64,000 nt of DNA from Pavona decussata (taxonomy: Eukaryota): contig CDRNST010000144.1 in NCBI GenBank assembly GCA_977016875.1, positions 744,001-808,000 on the forward strand. Direction: 5' to 3'. The position numbers and the translations under genes were made by a program. Shown one piece after another: positions 1 through 12,211 of the stretch (within the stretch, counting starts at the first letter, position 1; every line of letters starts with the position of its first letter). The notes under the pieces are model-generated. The model had not been told where the DNA came from. It made no database searches and saw only the letters and a program-made list of their open reading frames with translations.

Positions 1-189
1 TCTTCTGTTCTTCTCGTGAATGTAAATTATCGTGCCTGATCTGATGTTCGGTCGTGAAGCACGGAAGGCACTTCGGGCGACCGCTTTGAGTTTCATCAAA
101 TACATATTTATACTAAGAGCCTTTTTTTAGCGTAGAGAAGAATCATATTTAGATGCTGATTTTTTACCAAGCATTCTGATTTGCTCATT

Positions 190-452
190 TATTAGGTGTT
201 CCCTAAACCCTTACCTTATTTATGACTAAAATCTGCGATTTTCCCTACATTATTTATGACCTGAAGTAGCTTGTTCTAAAACAAAACATTGAACCAAGGA
301 CTAGAGTGCTAAAATCTATACCCTATTTATTACCAAAATGGTGGCAAAATGGCTAAAAACGATACGCTATTTATTACCAAAACAGCAGAAAACCGTACCC
401 TTTTGCGCCGCACATATCTATATAGCCAATATAAGGGATTACCCACCCACTT
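190..452. mobile_element. Non-autonomous DNA transposon/MITE end with repeated CCCTATTTATKACCAAAA motifs
   Basis: Four to five degenerate copies of ccctatttat(g/t)acc between about 215 and 380, ending in the terminus-like ...gccgcacatatctatatagccaatataagggattaccc. Confidence 0.55.
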
Positions 453-1171
453 TTCAAAACATTTTCTTTCGCTTTCATGACATGGCTGTCAAACCACTGA
501 CTATCAGGTAAGTCACAAAATTGTGTACTGTTCATGCAAGGCTGCAAGCGAGTCAACTCATGTTCATTTCTGCTTGCGCTGTGATTGGTTTTCTCATTGG
601 CTGAAATCGTTCAATATGTTATTGTTTTAGATTTTCGAAAGACTAATTTTGTTGCAATTTTCGTAACAGCAAAATTAAATAAACAAACAAACAATTAAAT
701 CGCTAAATCAACGCAAAAAAAAATGTTCTTGCAGAAATAAACGACGCGAAGTTTTTTGTCTGGTTCAAAAAGTGCACCCCTCTGTGCTTGAAATATGCCT
801 TTATACATTTCTTATGCATTAAAGATTTGAACAAATAAAACAGAGAAGAGACATCTTGTAAAATCCGACCTGTGTAGTATCACGTTAGAATCACTTGTAA
901 AATGTGTAAAAATTTAAAAAATTATCTCAAAGTCTTGGCTAAAACATACCCAATCAAGAAAGACCGAGATGCGGTGTATCATGATGGGGAGTTACTTCTA
1001 GAATGCTCTTTTGTTATGCTGAAGGTCATACGTGCGCAATGCGCTGACATATTTCAGCCATCTTTACTATTTAGATATTTTTCCGGTTTCCCCCGGTTAA
1101 TATATTTAAGTGTCCCTGTAGACTCAAACAAAGGCACCAAATAATTCGCTGCACTAAAAACATTCAGACCT

Positions 1172-2200
1172 ATGGCGTCCAAAGAAAGCAGCCAAACTGG
1201 AGAATGCGCCTACGTAGGCGAACTGGATTTAACCCGTCTGGTGTACCGTTTTGAAAGAGAAAATCCTTGGCAATATTTCCAAGATGGTGTTTTTTTGTCC
1301 AGCTCTGTTGAAAGAGGACGAAAAAGAACAAGTGCTATGATGAAGAAAATATATGTACGCAGGAGTTACAGAGTTCAAGTAAGAAAAAATCGTCCTTACG
1401 CGAACCTTGCCAGGTTATCTCTGGTGTGTCCCTGCAGCCAAGGGTGTTTGATGAAACATGGTGCGGCTCAGGTTCGGCAAGTCATAAGGCAGCAGAGACA
1501 AAAAGTGTTCCAAAAAAGTTATAATGAGCAGAATTATATGCTTTCAAAGCTTTTGGAAGTCAAAATCTGTTTCAGTGGCAAAAGACGTATCACTTATCGA
1601 ATATCACCCTTGGGAAAGGTATGCAAAGGTGCCTTCAAAAAGTGTTATGGGATATCAGACAAGAAAGTGGAAATTTTGCTTAAAAAATGGACGGCGATGG
1701 TGTCTCAGTGGAAGTTGACATTCGAGGCAAACATCATAATATGACCAGAAACCTTTCATCGCATTATCGAAGAGCACAAACGGCAAAAAGATACTTTGAA
1801 TCTCACAAGTCAATGCAATAAATGTGGCTTGGGTTCATTGCTAGAAATTCTAGTTTTAAAACAAAACGTTCTGACAGAAAGAATAGAGGCCCAGTGATAA
1901 GCTATTCTACATTTTGGAACATTTTTAAACAGGATTTAAGAGTCCTATTCAGTTTTAGAAGATCTAGGGAAGATACTTGCCAGGTCTGTGACCCACTCAG
2001 AAAAAAATAGAACACACTGAAGCTGAATTAAGAGGCGACATCATTTCCAGGCAAAGTCGTCAAAAATTACAGCAGACTCTAAGGCAATATATAGAGGAAC
2101 ATCAAGAACATAAACAGGAGAACAAAGCGAGATTTGCTGCACTCAAACATGACATGCTCATCCTGACGAAACAACAGAGCATTGAAAAGTAGAGACTTGA
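1172..2200 (+). pseudogene. Sola-like transposase N-terminal region, frameshifted, catalytic domain absent
   Basis: ORF 1172-1744 has CPCSQGC...QNYML..LL...YRI...VCKGAFKKCYGIS. ORF 1822-2010 continues ISYSTFWNIFKQD..FSFRRSREDTCQVCD. These match the VCK..F....GIS and F.....DTC..CD motifs of Sola1-type transposases. Stops and frameshifts follow. Confidence 0.55.
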
Positions 2201-2716
2201 CAAGTAGAAAAAGTAGACAATGACAGCACCATTTCTAATAGAAACGTTAACCTGAAAAGTGTTTCCTGGAAGATATAAACTCTTCATGAAATTAATGCGA
2301 TTTTTTCAATTCGTGTTAATTTTGTTTATGTTAATTTCCACATTAATTTCCGCGACCTTAATTTCCGCCCCAAATTCTCGATACATTCCCCAAGGAATAG
2401 GATATCTTTATCAGGGTGGAGATCCGCCGGTACCATACGCTTAATCCCTACGTTAAGTGACAATTTTACGAACATTAATTTTGCATTCCGGATTTTACAC
2501 TAAGAGTTAAAATAAATTTATTCATGTTAAACAACTCATTGGAATTAGAAATTAGACTATACTGACTAACTGGAATAAAAGGGTTAGCGAGGCCAAGCAG
2601 TCAGGTATTTAAAGTATTAAATAAGTATGTCAAAGGGAGGCAACATTCAAATAAACAAAGAACGAGGAGCAACTTTGGTCTCTCACGCAAACTTTTCTTT
2701 TTATGCCTACTTTAAG

Positions 2717-3705
2717 ATGGCGGGGAACATCTGACATTCAAAACTAAGCTTCCTTACTGTTTCTATCTGGAGTTGAAAAGGTAACAACGAATTACTGGTC
2801 AATGAGGCATAGGAAACGAAAAGAGTTCATATATTACCAAGATGCCACGAGAAGCACGCTAAAAAGGCCGGTTTGATAGAGGAAAAAGGCGTCTCGGTAA
2901 TGTAAATAAACAGACACAGTATGGAATGGGATTGCAATTAATCATAATCATCATTATTATCATCGTCATCGTCGTCACCATCTTCACATACATGTAAAAA
3001 GAAAGAAAAGTTTATCTTTTCCAGCTCGCAGTATACGAATGCCTTTTCCACATTATTTTCTTTCATAATTAACGGTTAATTTCCTTATTTTAATCTTAGT
3101 TGCATGCTGTCCTCGCCGATTCAAGAGGGGCGGGGATATGTGCATTCGCAAGCAAAGATATTGAGGGGGGAAGTCATCCTGTAGTATGAAGGGGAGGTGA
3201 TTTCACTGGAGGAGGCCGGAGAAAGAGAGAAACGTTACCAGAGGGAGGGGAAATCCTGTACAATGATGGTGCTAGAGAGTACAGGAAACCAAATAGCGTG
3301 AGTACTGTACTTAATGTAAAAAGAAAAATGAGAGAAACAAACTAGTGTTGCAAAGTTTGCTCATTACAATACAATACAATACTTTATTGACACTCCCCTG
3401 GTGGGGCTCTTCAGTGACAATATCTTTTCCAATTCAGACAGTCCCAAAATTATTTTTTATTCTTAAAAAACAATTTCTTTTTGTTTTAGGATCGATCCTT
3501 ACAGAGGAAACACTTCCAATGAATTGACTTGGGCAGCCACCATTAACCAATCAAGAAGGCTTGCCAATCTGAGACCATTCATTTCCAGTCTTAACTCGTC
3601 TTTCCCCATAGTATTTCTGATTGCTTTAATGACATCCCAGAAACGGTGGAGTTCCTGTGGGATTACAGTCGTGACTTCCACTGGAACAGCCAAACAATAC
3701 CATAA
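2717..3705 (+). pseudogene. Spliced SET-domain (SETD8/PR-Set7-like) lysine methyltransferase pseudogene
   Basis: Exon 3100-3297 reads GAGICAFASKDI..EVIL*YEGEVISLEEAGEREKRY. A GT-AG intron joins it in frame to exon 3490-3705, IDPY...WAATINQSRRLANLRP...PIVFLIA..DIPETVEFLWDY (SET NHS and ELxxDY motifs). A possible first exon at 2717-2896 is uncertain. Confidence 0.75.
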
Positions 3706-5443
3706 ATTGTAAATGGTTTGAACCTAAATTTTTTTCATTTGCGAAAAGAATGTAAAGAACACTCTTTTGCTTGTATAAGGGCGCTAATGATTATCAACAA
3801 AATTGTATTGGTTGTTCATTGATGCTATTGACTGTTTAGCCATGGTTTAAAATTTTATTGAATATATTGTTCACTAAAATGAATGTCCAATCACGCAAAA
3901 GAATATTATTTTGATGTTATTAAATTTACAATGCGTGCAATTGAAAGTTGCTTTGACGAATTTGAATTTCACATTAATGAAAGTCTTGAAACTTAATTGA
4001 ATGTTAACAATTATGCAGATATCCTTGTGGAATGCCGATTGGTGCAAATGAACATATTTTTGCATTATTGTCTGACTTTTAGTGCAAATGATTGCGTATT
4101 TTCTCTAAATGAACAGCAAAAGGTGTAGTAAATTACTTTTCTAAGTATTATTACCCAATCATGTAAGCTTGTACTCTTTGAAATTGTTCACAGACGCATG
4201 CTCATATGGTTGCACATTCGACTTGAGGTTGATGGAGGAGCTTCTCCATCTGAATGGAGTGCTACAAGGAATTTTACCCTTATGTTTGGCACCTTCGCAG
4301 GTATGTGTTAGTCGCTGCATACACAAGGATATGTTGTTTAATGGAAGTGGTAATCTGAGTCACCTTTCTGTAAAAAGTCATCATTTCATACACTGTACAT
4401 CATAGGTTTGATTACAGAGTCATTATGACGCACTCTGGTCTGTATCCTAAGATACAAGCCAACCAAAGAGGCAGCAGAAATTTTAAGGTAGGCATAGAAG
4501 GGCTTATTATAAATATTATAGATTTATTGTATTGTGTAAGGGAGTGAGAAGGGTACTAGCTCTGTTTTGGCTTCTTCACAGAACATTAAGATCCATGTCT
4601 CTAAACTAATGAAAAAGACATAAGGGCTTCAAATAAACTCTAAATAAGCTGCAAAAGAAAAACTATTAGAAAAAAGAAATTCCAGATTTTTTCTTCTTTT
4701 CACATAAACATATACTATGAAAACAGAACTTCCTGTTGTTTCTTGCTCTTAGTAAGTACAAAAGAGCAGTTGCTGGAATTCCATGCAATGTGAGAAGGGC
4801 CATACCATCATGTACCTGAATGGAACAGCTGGTAGACGTTAATGAGAAGAGATAATAAATTCATTGTTTTTGGTAACCCAATTTGAGAATTGTTCTGGTT
4901 CAAAGGTAAACCAAGAAAATCCAGTGCATGATTGTGACTTCCCTGTCCACTCGTATAGAATCTTTCTTTTCCCTGCTCATTTTGTTCATATGCCAAGACT
5001 GATTGCCTATTTGAGGCTGATGAGTTGTTGTTATTTGAACTTGTGAACGTAAACTGCATGACTTGATACTTTCAACAAGAACTTACTAACTTCTTTATAC
5101 ATCTTTTATTGACAGAGAACTGATGTCAGAGCGTATTGACGTTTTAAGCCGGTACCACATACATGTGGCACTCAAAGGCTCACAATTCGACAATGAAGGT
5201 ACTGTGAGATAAATGTATCTACGCTTCTGCAACAATTCCAGACTTTCATTATCACTTTGGGCCTGCAAATAACATCTATTTTGTAACAAGGCACTAGACT
5301 TGTTTTCAGTAATTAAATGGTAACACATTTTGCCTGTGGTGAATGAGCATATTAAAAAAACATAACATTTTCCATTTTATTGTTGCTAGAGCGAATAGGA
5401 AAAGACAAAAACAAACCTTAATGTTAATTCAGCTTGTGCTGTA

Positions 5444-5758
5444 CAGTCAACTCTCACTAAGACTGACACCTTTGAGACCAGTACTATGTGTCCGTCTTTA
5501 AGAGAAGTCCATCTTATAGAGAGTCAAATAAGGGGAGTACAGTCAACTCTCCCTGAGACGGACACCTTTGGGACAAGTCCTATGTGTCCGTCTTAGAGAG
5601 AAGTCCGTCTCATAGAGTCAAATAAGGGAAGTAAAGAAAAGCAGGGACCAACTCTAGGTGTCTGTTTTACAGGCGTCCGTGTAATGGAGGTGTCCATTAA
5701 GAGAGAGTTGACTGTAAAGAAAAACAGGGACCAAATGCAGGTATCCGTTTTACAGGTT
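5444..5758. mobile_element. Tc1/mariner-type MITE nested in a copy of the same family
   Basis: Inner copy 5540-5714 has TIRs CAGTCAACTCTC...GAGAGTTGACTG flanked by TA. The outer copy starts TA|CAGTCAACTCTC at 5444 and resumes after 5716. Confidence 0.85.
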
Positions 5759-6381
5759 ATAATTTCTTTCAATTTTATATTTCCTTCAAAAGCTTGTTAT
5801 CAGAGTTCCCATAACTGGAAACAAAACATATATAACAGCAAATAAACATAGGTAACGGCTGGCGATATCACTTATATTTTATAAATTTCCCTTGTAGATT
5901 TTGATATTTCAGTGGTCTTAGATGTTGCTTTGCAAATAAACAGGCTAAAGACCTAATTATGAATTCCTGGGCCAAAACTTCACATTTTGAACTTGATATA
6001 CAATATCTTATTACGTAGTGTGTGGAAAATAAATTTAGAAAAGTTTTCTGACAAACTTTAGCGTATTAGCGTAGCGGAAAAAGTCATTGCTTCAAAAACA
6101 ATGAAATCACCTAATTTAATTGATTTCTTATTCTAAGTTTGAAATGTGAACTTTGCACTCTTCAAAATCGCAAAATCATCATGCCGAAAAGAAAAAAAAT
6201 AATGAAATTAAAAGATAATAATAATTATAATAGTAATATTAAAAATAATATCAAGTTGGTATTCACTATAGTCATAATAGAATGCACCCCACCCCGCTCG
6301 AAGCGCTGTTGAAGTGAGCTCTTGTCTGGGGCAATGGGAAGCAAGAAGACTCAATAATTAGAGTCATGAAAGTGTACTCAC

Positions 6382-7034
6382 GCTAAAGAAACTTGAAAGA
6401 GGCAAAGACTTCTTTCCATGAACACTTTGTCACTGGCCTCAACACAAGGTCGTTCTTCTTTATAAAAATGATAACCTTCTTGGATGTTGCCAAACATGGA
6501 ATATCCATAGTTCAGTTTACAATCTTTACATTGAAGTGATAGCTTCATGGCAGTCCTCGCACTCTCCCCCGAAAACACAGTCACTGTGCAGACTTTGTTC
6601 TGTGCTACAAGCAAGGATTCACAATTGCAACAGTTGGTGACTGGTGGAATGAGGATTTCGATTTCTCTAACTTCATTGCACGAACTTCGCGGCAGATCAG
6701 CTGTGCAAAACAGAAGGACATTAGCCAGCTGTTCGATGTCAATATCCCCAACCAGACCTAACTTGAAGTAATAGGCCAGCAACGTATCTTTTGTTACCTT
6801 TGGAATAGCTGAAGGGAAGGCACATATGATTTCTGCTAGCCAAATAGCATTTGACAATTTTGCTTGCACAACCATAAGAATATCTTTTTTGTCAAGCGCC
6901 AAGCATAAATCGTGTAAATCTCAAATCGGAAGATTTCTTAACCTCTGCAATCCTTCTTTGATGTCACAACTCTTTCTTTTTCTTTCGGCGACACCAGATA
7001 CATGTAGGAACGCTTTTTCGGATGGCGAAGCCAT
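6382..7034 (-). pseudogene. CxC5 cysteine-cluster exon of a KDZ transposon gene
   Basis: ATG at 7034, one in-frame TGA, then ORF 6902-6378 with LIPPVTNCCNC..L...TVFS......SLQCKDCKLNYGY...VFMERSL. Ends at a splice donor GC|GTGAGT at 6381. Confidence 0.7.
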
Positions 7035-7128
7035 GACACAGTCATGTCCAATATAGACAAACTGATACGGTCTGAAAAAACAGCCTCACAATCCGTAGGG
7101 ATTGTAAAGACAATTTTTGGTCCATATG

Positions 7129-7816
7129 CAGTCTGACAATTGCATCTCATTACCTGAGCGACGGGTGAACTTTTTGACAATCCGTACGGTTTGTATAGAT
7201 CGTAAAGGCACTTTTCAGTTCCTATACGTCCCATAAAACGTATACAGTCTGACAATTGCATCTCATTACCTGACAAGACGAGTGAACGGTTTGACGATCT
7301 GTATGGTTTGTACAGATCGTAAATTTAAACGTTCTAAATTTGAAAGGCAAGAAACTGCGTATAACCTAAGAGACTCTGATAATAAGCTCAATGTTCCATT
7401 GCCGCCCACAAACTACTATAAGAATAGCTTCAGCTATAGTGGCGCCACCCTTTGGAACAGTCTTCCGTGTGACATAAGACAAGCAGAGTCCTTTGGGCTA
7501 TTTTAGCGCTTAATTAAAGAAGTACCTTGAGGCACAGCATTTGTGGAAAGCAGCTTCAGTGAGGTTTAGGTTTCAAGTATAGTTTTTACAATTGTATCTT
7601 ATCGATTCAATGCATGTTGATACTGATATATATTTCAATGTTTTATTTGTAGCTGATGAATTGTCCGTGGATAAATAAAGATTATCCAAAGGCACTTTTC
7701 GGTCCGTAATACAGCCTGACAATTGCATCTCATTACCTGAGCAACGGGTGAATGGTTTGATGATCCGTACGGTTTGTACAGATCATAAAGACACTTTTTG
7801 GTTCGTATACGGTCTA
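7129..7816. repeat. Three ~105-116 bp tandem subterminal repeat units, the second split by a LINE
   Basis: Unit cagtctgacaattgcatctcattacctga...gtacggtttgtacagatcgtaaaggcacttttc at about 7129, 7245 and 7712. Confidence 0.85.
7324..7688 (+). mobile_element. 5'-truncated CR1/L2-group LINE (ORF2 C-terminus and 3' UTR)
   Basis: YNLRDSDNKLNVPLPPTNYYKNSFSYSGATLWNSLP is a typical C-terminus of these LINEs. The tail is AATAAATAAAGATT. It interrupts a repeat unit at ...gatcgtaaa|ggcacttttc. Confidence 0.8.
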
Positions 7817-8072
7817 TAATCAGAATGTAAGTTGAAAAGTAAACAAAATATAAACTAGGGGCTGATGCTGTAAAATACAACAACTATGTTTTCTTCGTTC
7901 TTTAGTGTGAAAAACCAAATGATGCATTTCTTACAAAACAAAACATTACAATCGGCTGGAGTTAGGGAACATGTTTTCCTGACGACTAATGCAGAATACT
8001 ATAGAGTAAAATTAGTATTTTATGGAAAAAGTAGACTGTACAGTAGTACTGGTCAATAAGTTTAGTGACATT

Positions 8073-8097
8073 TGGTGGCTCCTAAAGGAGCCGTTGT
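8073..8097 (-). terminator. Replication-dependent histone-type 3' stem-loop
   Basis: The minus strand reads ACAAC-GGCTCC-TTTA-GGAGCC-ACCA: a 6-bp stem, a 4-nt U-rich loop and the typical flanks, 32 nt after the ORF stop codon. Confidence 0.75.
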
Positions 8098-8124
8098 GAG
8101 AGATCATTTTGTAATGACTCTCTT

Positions 8125-8554
8125 TTACTTCGGTAACCCACTCAGGTACAGAAATTTGTTGTAGTCTACATCATAGTAGAACCACAGATGGCTTTTCTGC
8201 TCGCCATTGTTGAGGACAAAATCGACTTGTCTTGCCCTCTTTTCTACTTTAACTGTTGATTCCGCCCAGTGCTACGCCAGCATTATCCATCTTCTGATAA
8301 GGCTTGGCTCACAACCGTTACTGATGAGAAAGAGAACCACCTTGAAGGTTTAGGTATCACCCATGCATAGGTTTTTTCCAGAATATGAGCCGCATTTCCT
8401 TTGGCCCCGATTTTAATGGAGAGAATGCGTCCCAGTCAATTACTCTGGTCAACTGCCTTCTTTCCTCTACTACTGCTGCTCGTGACAGTAAACGAGTTTC
8501 TTTCATATCCTGAAGACACCTTACAGAAACCTCTGAATTTCCATTCTTTTTCAT
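8125..8554 (-). pseudogene. Small intronless ORF (~140 aa), possibly primase large-subunit CTD/PriX-like; frameshifted
   Basis: Reconstructed as MKKNG...DAFSPLKSGPKEMRLIFWKKPM/GDT*TFKVV/LFLISNGCEPSLIRRWIMLA*HWAE...KRARQVDFVL...HLWFYYDVDYNKFLYLSGLPK*. Clearly homologous to the ORF at 34818-35087. Confidence 0.6.
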
Positions 8555-9725
8555 TTTTCTTTCCTTTTATTTAATAAGCAAAGGACTCGCGTTGCCTGGT
8601 TGTCAATAATAAGTTGTTACAGTTGACATCAAACACCTCCTATGTCTTAAAATGATTTCTAATTTCATCTCACCTTTCTATCGGTCAAGTTCAATTCCTT
8701 CCCCACATTGAAAACAGGGAGAGCTTCAGTTTTCACTTGTGACCAAACGCGCAACAACAAAACATAATTTCAATCCTCCAAAATGGCAAATCGACTAAAC
8801 CGTCTTGTTCTGGACCTGCAGACTTGCTACAAGTACGATTTAGACTGGTCCCGGTTATCAGTAAAGCTCCGTGAGGTATGTTCTGAACTTTAATTTTCTT
8901 TTTTGCTTTTCGTAAGCTGTCTTGTTGAAGCAATATCTTTCGTTGTTTCTGAGGTAAACAATAAATCGGTGAAAGCGGGCATTATGTTATAACTTTAGCT
9001 TGGCTCGTGCTTGGTTGTCATGGCCTTGGTTTTGATTTTCGTAACACGATATGTATGTTATTTCGACAGATATGTCAACTTTTCGGAAAAGAAATGAAGG
9101 AGCGAGAAACAACTGTCCTCCTTGGGTTCCTCATGGTAATTTCCTTTTCCTTGGGGCACGCCAGTCTTTCCCTGAACAACTTTTAGACAGAACCGATCAT
9201 CACGTGGATGGCCATCGTGCTTCCAACAGGTAAGGCTTCTTTAAATACTTGTCGCAGGCTCTTGTCACCATTTAAGAAACTAGTTTCCTTTAAAGATTGC
9301 GCCTGGTTCTCGGTCAGTGGGGACAAACCCAAAAATGGGTGAGCAACTGAGATAAACAGGGAAGGTTTCGTACAAAATTCAGTTCCTCGAGTTCCCGGGC
9401 TCAAGTTAGAAGTTACATTTTTTTCGACCCAGGTGTATGCACACATGCATGACTTACTCCAGCACCCATCAATGCAGAACCTAGGTAAGACATTACTGAA
9501 CTCTTTAATTAAGCCATTTGCCAATAATAAAATATTCATATTTAATACAATCTATCAGTAAATTACCTAATCAAGTATTTAGCTTTGTAAAAACCGAAAT
9601 ACAGTTTATCTTCAAAATTTTAATTTACACTTCTGACAGGCAAATATGTCAATGTTTCCCAGTCTGTAATTATATAACTAAATAAGTTATTCGCTTTCAT
9701 TGCAGTTACTTTATCCTTTCAACAG

Positions 9726-10493
9726 ACACCATTTGTTATGACGATGCCTGCCATTTGAAAAAATTTGCCCAGAACACCAAACGTAGCCACCTGACCCCCA
9801 CAGCGATGAGGATATGGGATATGGAAATTGTGTGTGACCGATTTCATTTCCTAAATCATGTGGATAAATGGTGTAGAAAAAACTGCAACCCACACAATAC
9901 ACAAAATCTAAAGGTAATAAACTAGCACAATTCAATTGCTCTATAACAGAACTTCTGTTATCTACTTTTTTATGTAGATAAATCAGTCAAGACAATCAAC
10001 TATTTGACATTGTGCTGTTCCAATGAAACAACTGGTTTTTAGCCTAGTGATCACAAATAATCAACCCCTCAATCACTTTTGGTGGTTTTTTTTTTTAACC
10101 TCTATGTTATATTTTGAAAATCCCTCTCCCTTTTGGTTACATGTAGTTTATTTCAATATTGATATATTTAAACAACAATATCTTACACTATCATCTCCTT
10201 GATTAATGTTTCTATTTCATCAACAGAATATCAACTCCGAAGTGTGCGAACAACTATTCTCCTGGTTGTCAAGATATGCCAAAATTACAAACCATATGAA
10301 CTGGTGGAGGTTCATGTTTTTAATGCTTTTCCTTTTGGACAACCAGAGCAATGATGTAGATCAAAAGAAAACTCAGTGGTCATCACATTTGTGGATTAAA
10401 CGCTTTATTTCCCCATTACTCAAATTTGACCTATTAGATTTAAGACAACACGTTCAAAAAAGTACATGTACAACATTTTGCCAATATCATTAA
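9726..10493 (+). mobile_element. KDZ transposase C-terminal exons (9726-9913 and 10227-10493)
   Basis: TICYDDACHLKKFA...IVCDRFHFLNHVDKWCRKNCNP is joined in frame by a GT-AG intron to NINSEVCEQLFSWLSRYAKITNHMN..RFMF. These are the YDxxC, DxFHxxxH and NxExxEQ hallmarks of KDZ transposases. Confidence 0.85.
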
Positions 10494-10854
10494 TTAATCA
10501 CAACACGATCATACTCGGTTTTTAACCCCTGGAAACAATGAGAACTGTACCAACAGTGACTTAGATATCGCTTTTCCATCCTTTACTGCCAGTCACGTCA
10601 CTTATTTCAGTTGTTAATCCTAACCAGGTAATTTTGACTGAATATACAGCTGTATATCTTTCAACTGAAGCCAATAGACAGACCATTAAAGTTAAAAATA
10701 ATAGATATTTCTTGACTGCCATATCAGTGACTTGGTCTTATACCCTTAGCTTACGCACTTACAACTGCGAAAATCAAGGACCCAACTTTCCTTTAATTAT
10801 TCTAAAATTCCAACCGACCATGCTAAACTGTATAGGCCTCTCACCAAGTATCAT

Positions 10855-11003
10855 ACGGACATCCAAGGACTGTATACGGACCGAAAAGTGCCTTTACGGT
10901 CTGTACAAACCGTACAAGCCCCTCTCTCAGATAAGACGTGGAAATATTTTAAGTGTCCCTAATAAGATACGGGCTGAAAGGAGTCTTTACAATCTGTACA
11001 GAC
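10855..11003. repeat. Copies of the 7.1-7.8 kb subterminal motif, inverted relative to those
   Basis: tatacggaccgaaaagtgcctttacggtctgtacaaaccgtac is the reverse complement of the 7.2/7.8 kb unit core. A second degenerate copy lies near 10968-11003. Confidence 0.75.
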
Positions 11004-11005
11004 CA

Positions 11006-11341
11006 GGCAGTTTGCTCAGCTCTTTCATCAAGTGTGCGGCAGGCCTTAAGGATTCTGTAATTGTGAAGCCAGCCGCATAGTTGAGCAAAGAGCTGGGCAA
11101 ACTGCCTCGCGACGCGATTAGCTCAGTCGTTTCATCACGTGTGCAGTTGTGTTTTCTTGAGTTTTTCGCCTTGCGAGTCTGACGAAAATATCTGTCGCGT
11201 TGGATATTTGAGATTTCGCCTCGCGAGGTGAAATTCTCACGAAAACTCAACCACACGCTTGAGGAAACGCTGTGCTTCGCGATGTCTCGTAAGGCAGTGC
11301 AGTTTGCTCAGCTCTTTCCTCAAGTGTGCGGCAGGCTTTTA
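11006..11341. mobile_element. Small repeat element with direct and inverted copies of a ~40-bp motif
   Basis: gcagtttgctcagctcttt..tcaagtgtgcggcaggc at about 11007 and 11300, with an inverted copy at about 11072-11106. Confidence 0.55.
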
Positions 11342-11429
11342 GGAGGCAAACATTGCAAGGAAGAAATGTAAGGCGCAAAGTACCTTCTTCGTCAAGACAA
11401 AGAAAGAAAAAATAAAATGCCTGCAACTT

Positions 11430-11620
11430 AGGCCTGGTTCATATGTCGAATTTCTGCTGTGTCGAATTCAATTAAACTAATTAAATTCGACAGAAATTCG
11501 AAGTCTGAATGAGCTGCTGAATTTCTGCGAACGTTCGACTGGTCTTGTCACATTATCAGGCAGCAATGCGGCACCGCTTCAAACGTTGCATTTCTGCAGT
11601 GTTGAATCAAATTCACACAT
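11430..11620. mobile_element. Harbinger-like MITE fragment
   Basis: Starts tta|ggcctggttcatatgtcgaatttc and carries repeated tcgaatt motifs and their inverses. Confidence 0.35.
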
Positions 11621-12211
11621 TTACATACATTATGTTAATGTATGAGCATGCGTAAATCAAGGCTGACCATCAATAATGGCGTCATGGCACACGCGCGATT
11701 CCATCGAAGAAGAAAGCTCATCTAAAGTAGAGAAAATCTTCGCAGAAAACTACATGGAAGTACTGCAGGAGAGCTATTGCAGCTCTGATGATGACGTTGA
11801 TGAAGAAGTGCACAGTAAGGAGAATATTTTGGTCACGCGTATATTCATCCACCATGATGGAAACTCTAGCTTTATAATAGGTATAAGTATAAAGTTCTGA
11901 CAGTGTTGTATTCCCAGACAATCGGGGATTTCACTATTTCCATTCCGTCCCAGATTTTGCCAAGATGGGAAAAAGTGAAATCCGCGATCCTCTGGGATTT
12001 AGCCCACAGATAAAAACTAGACTTTGTTACAATACCAAAGTGTGTAAATGTTACTTATTTCTTTCTTTCTTCCTTTCGTTCTCTCTTTCTTGTTTGTTTT
12101 TTTGTTTTGTTTTTGGTTCTCTGTGTTGTTAACAAGCTTATATTTGTTTGTTCACCTGTTCCTTTCTGTTTCTAATTTTCCAAAAGGGAGTTCTTCTATC
12201 CAAAAGGAGGT

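Noticed and set aside
4081-5340. Possible downstream exons of the CxC5/KDZ gene
   Set aside because: The sequence is protein-like but broken, and I found no KDZ motifs.
6938-7883. Similar ORFs with RIxTEKCLYDLYKPY (also 10634-11080)
   Set aside because: They are translations of the non-coding subterminal DNA repeat.
8733-9539. Minus-strand ORFs upstream of the stem-loop ORF
   Set aside because: They may be companion genes, but no motif was recognisable enough to support a call.
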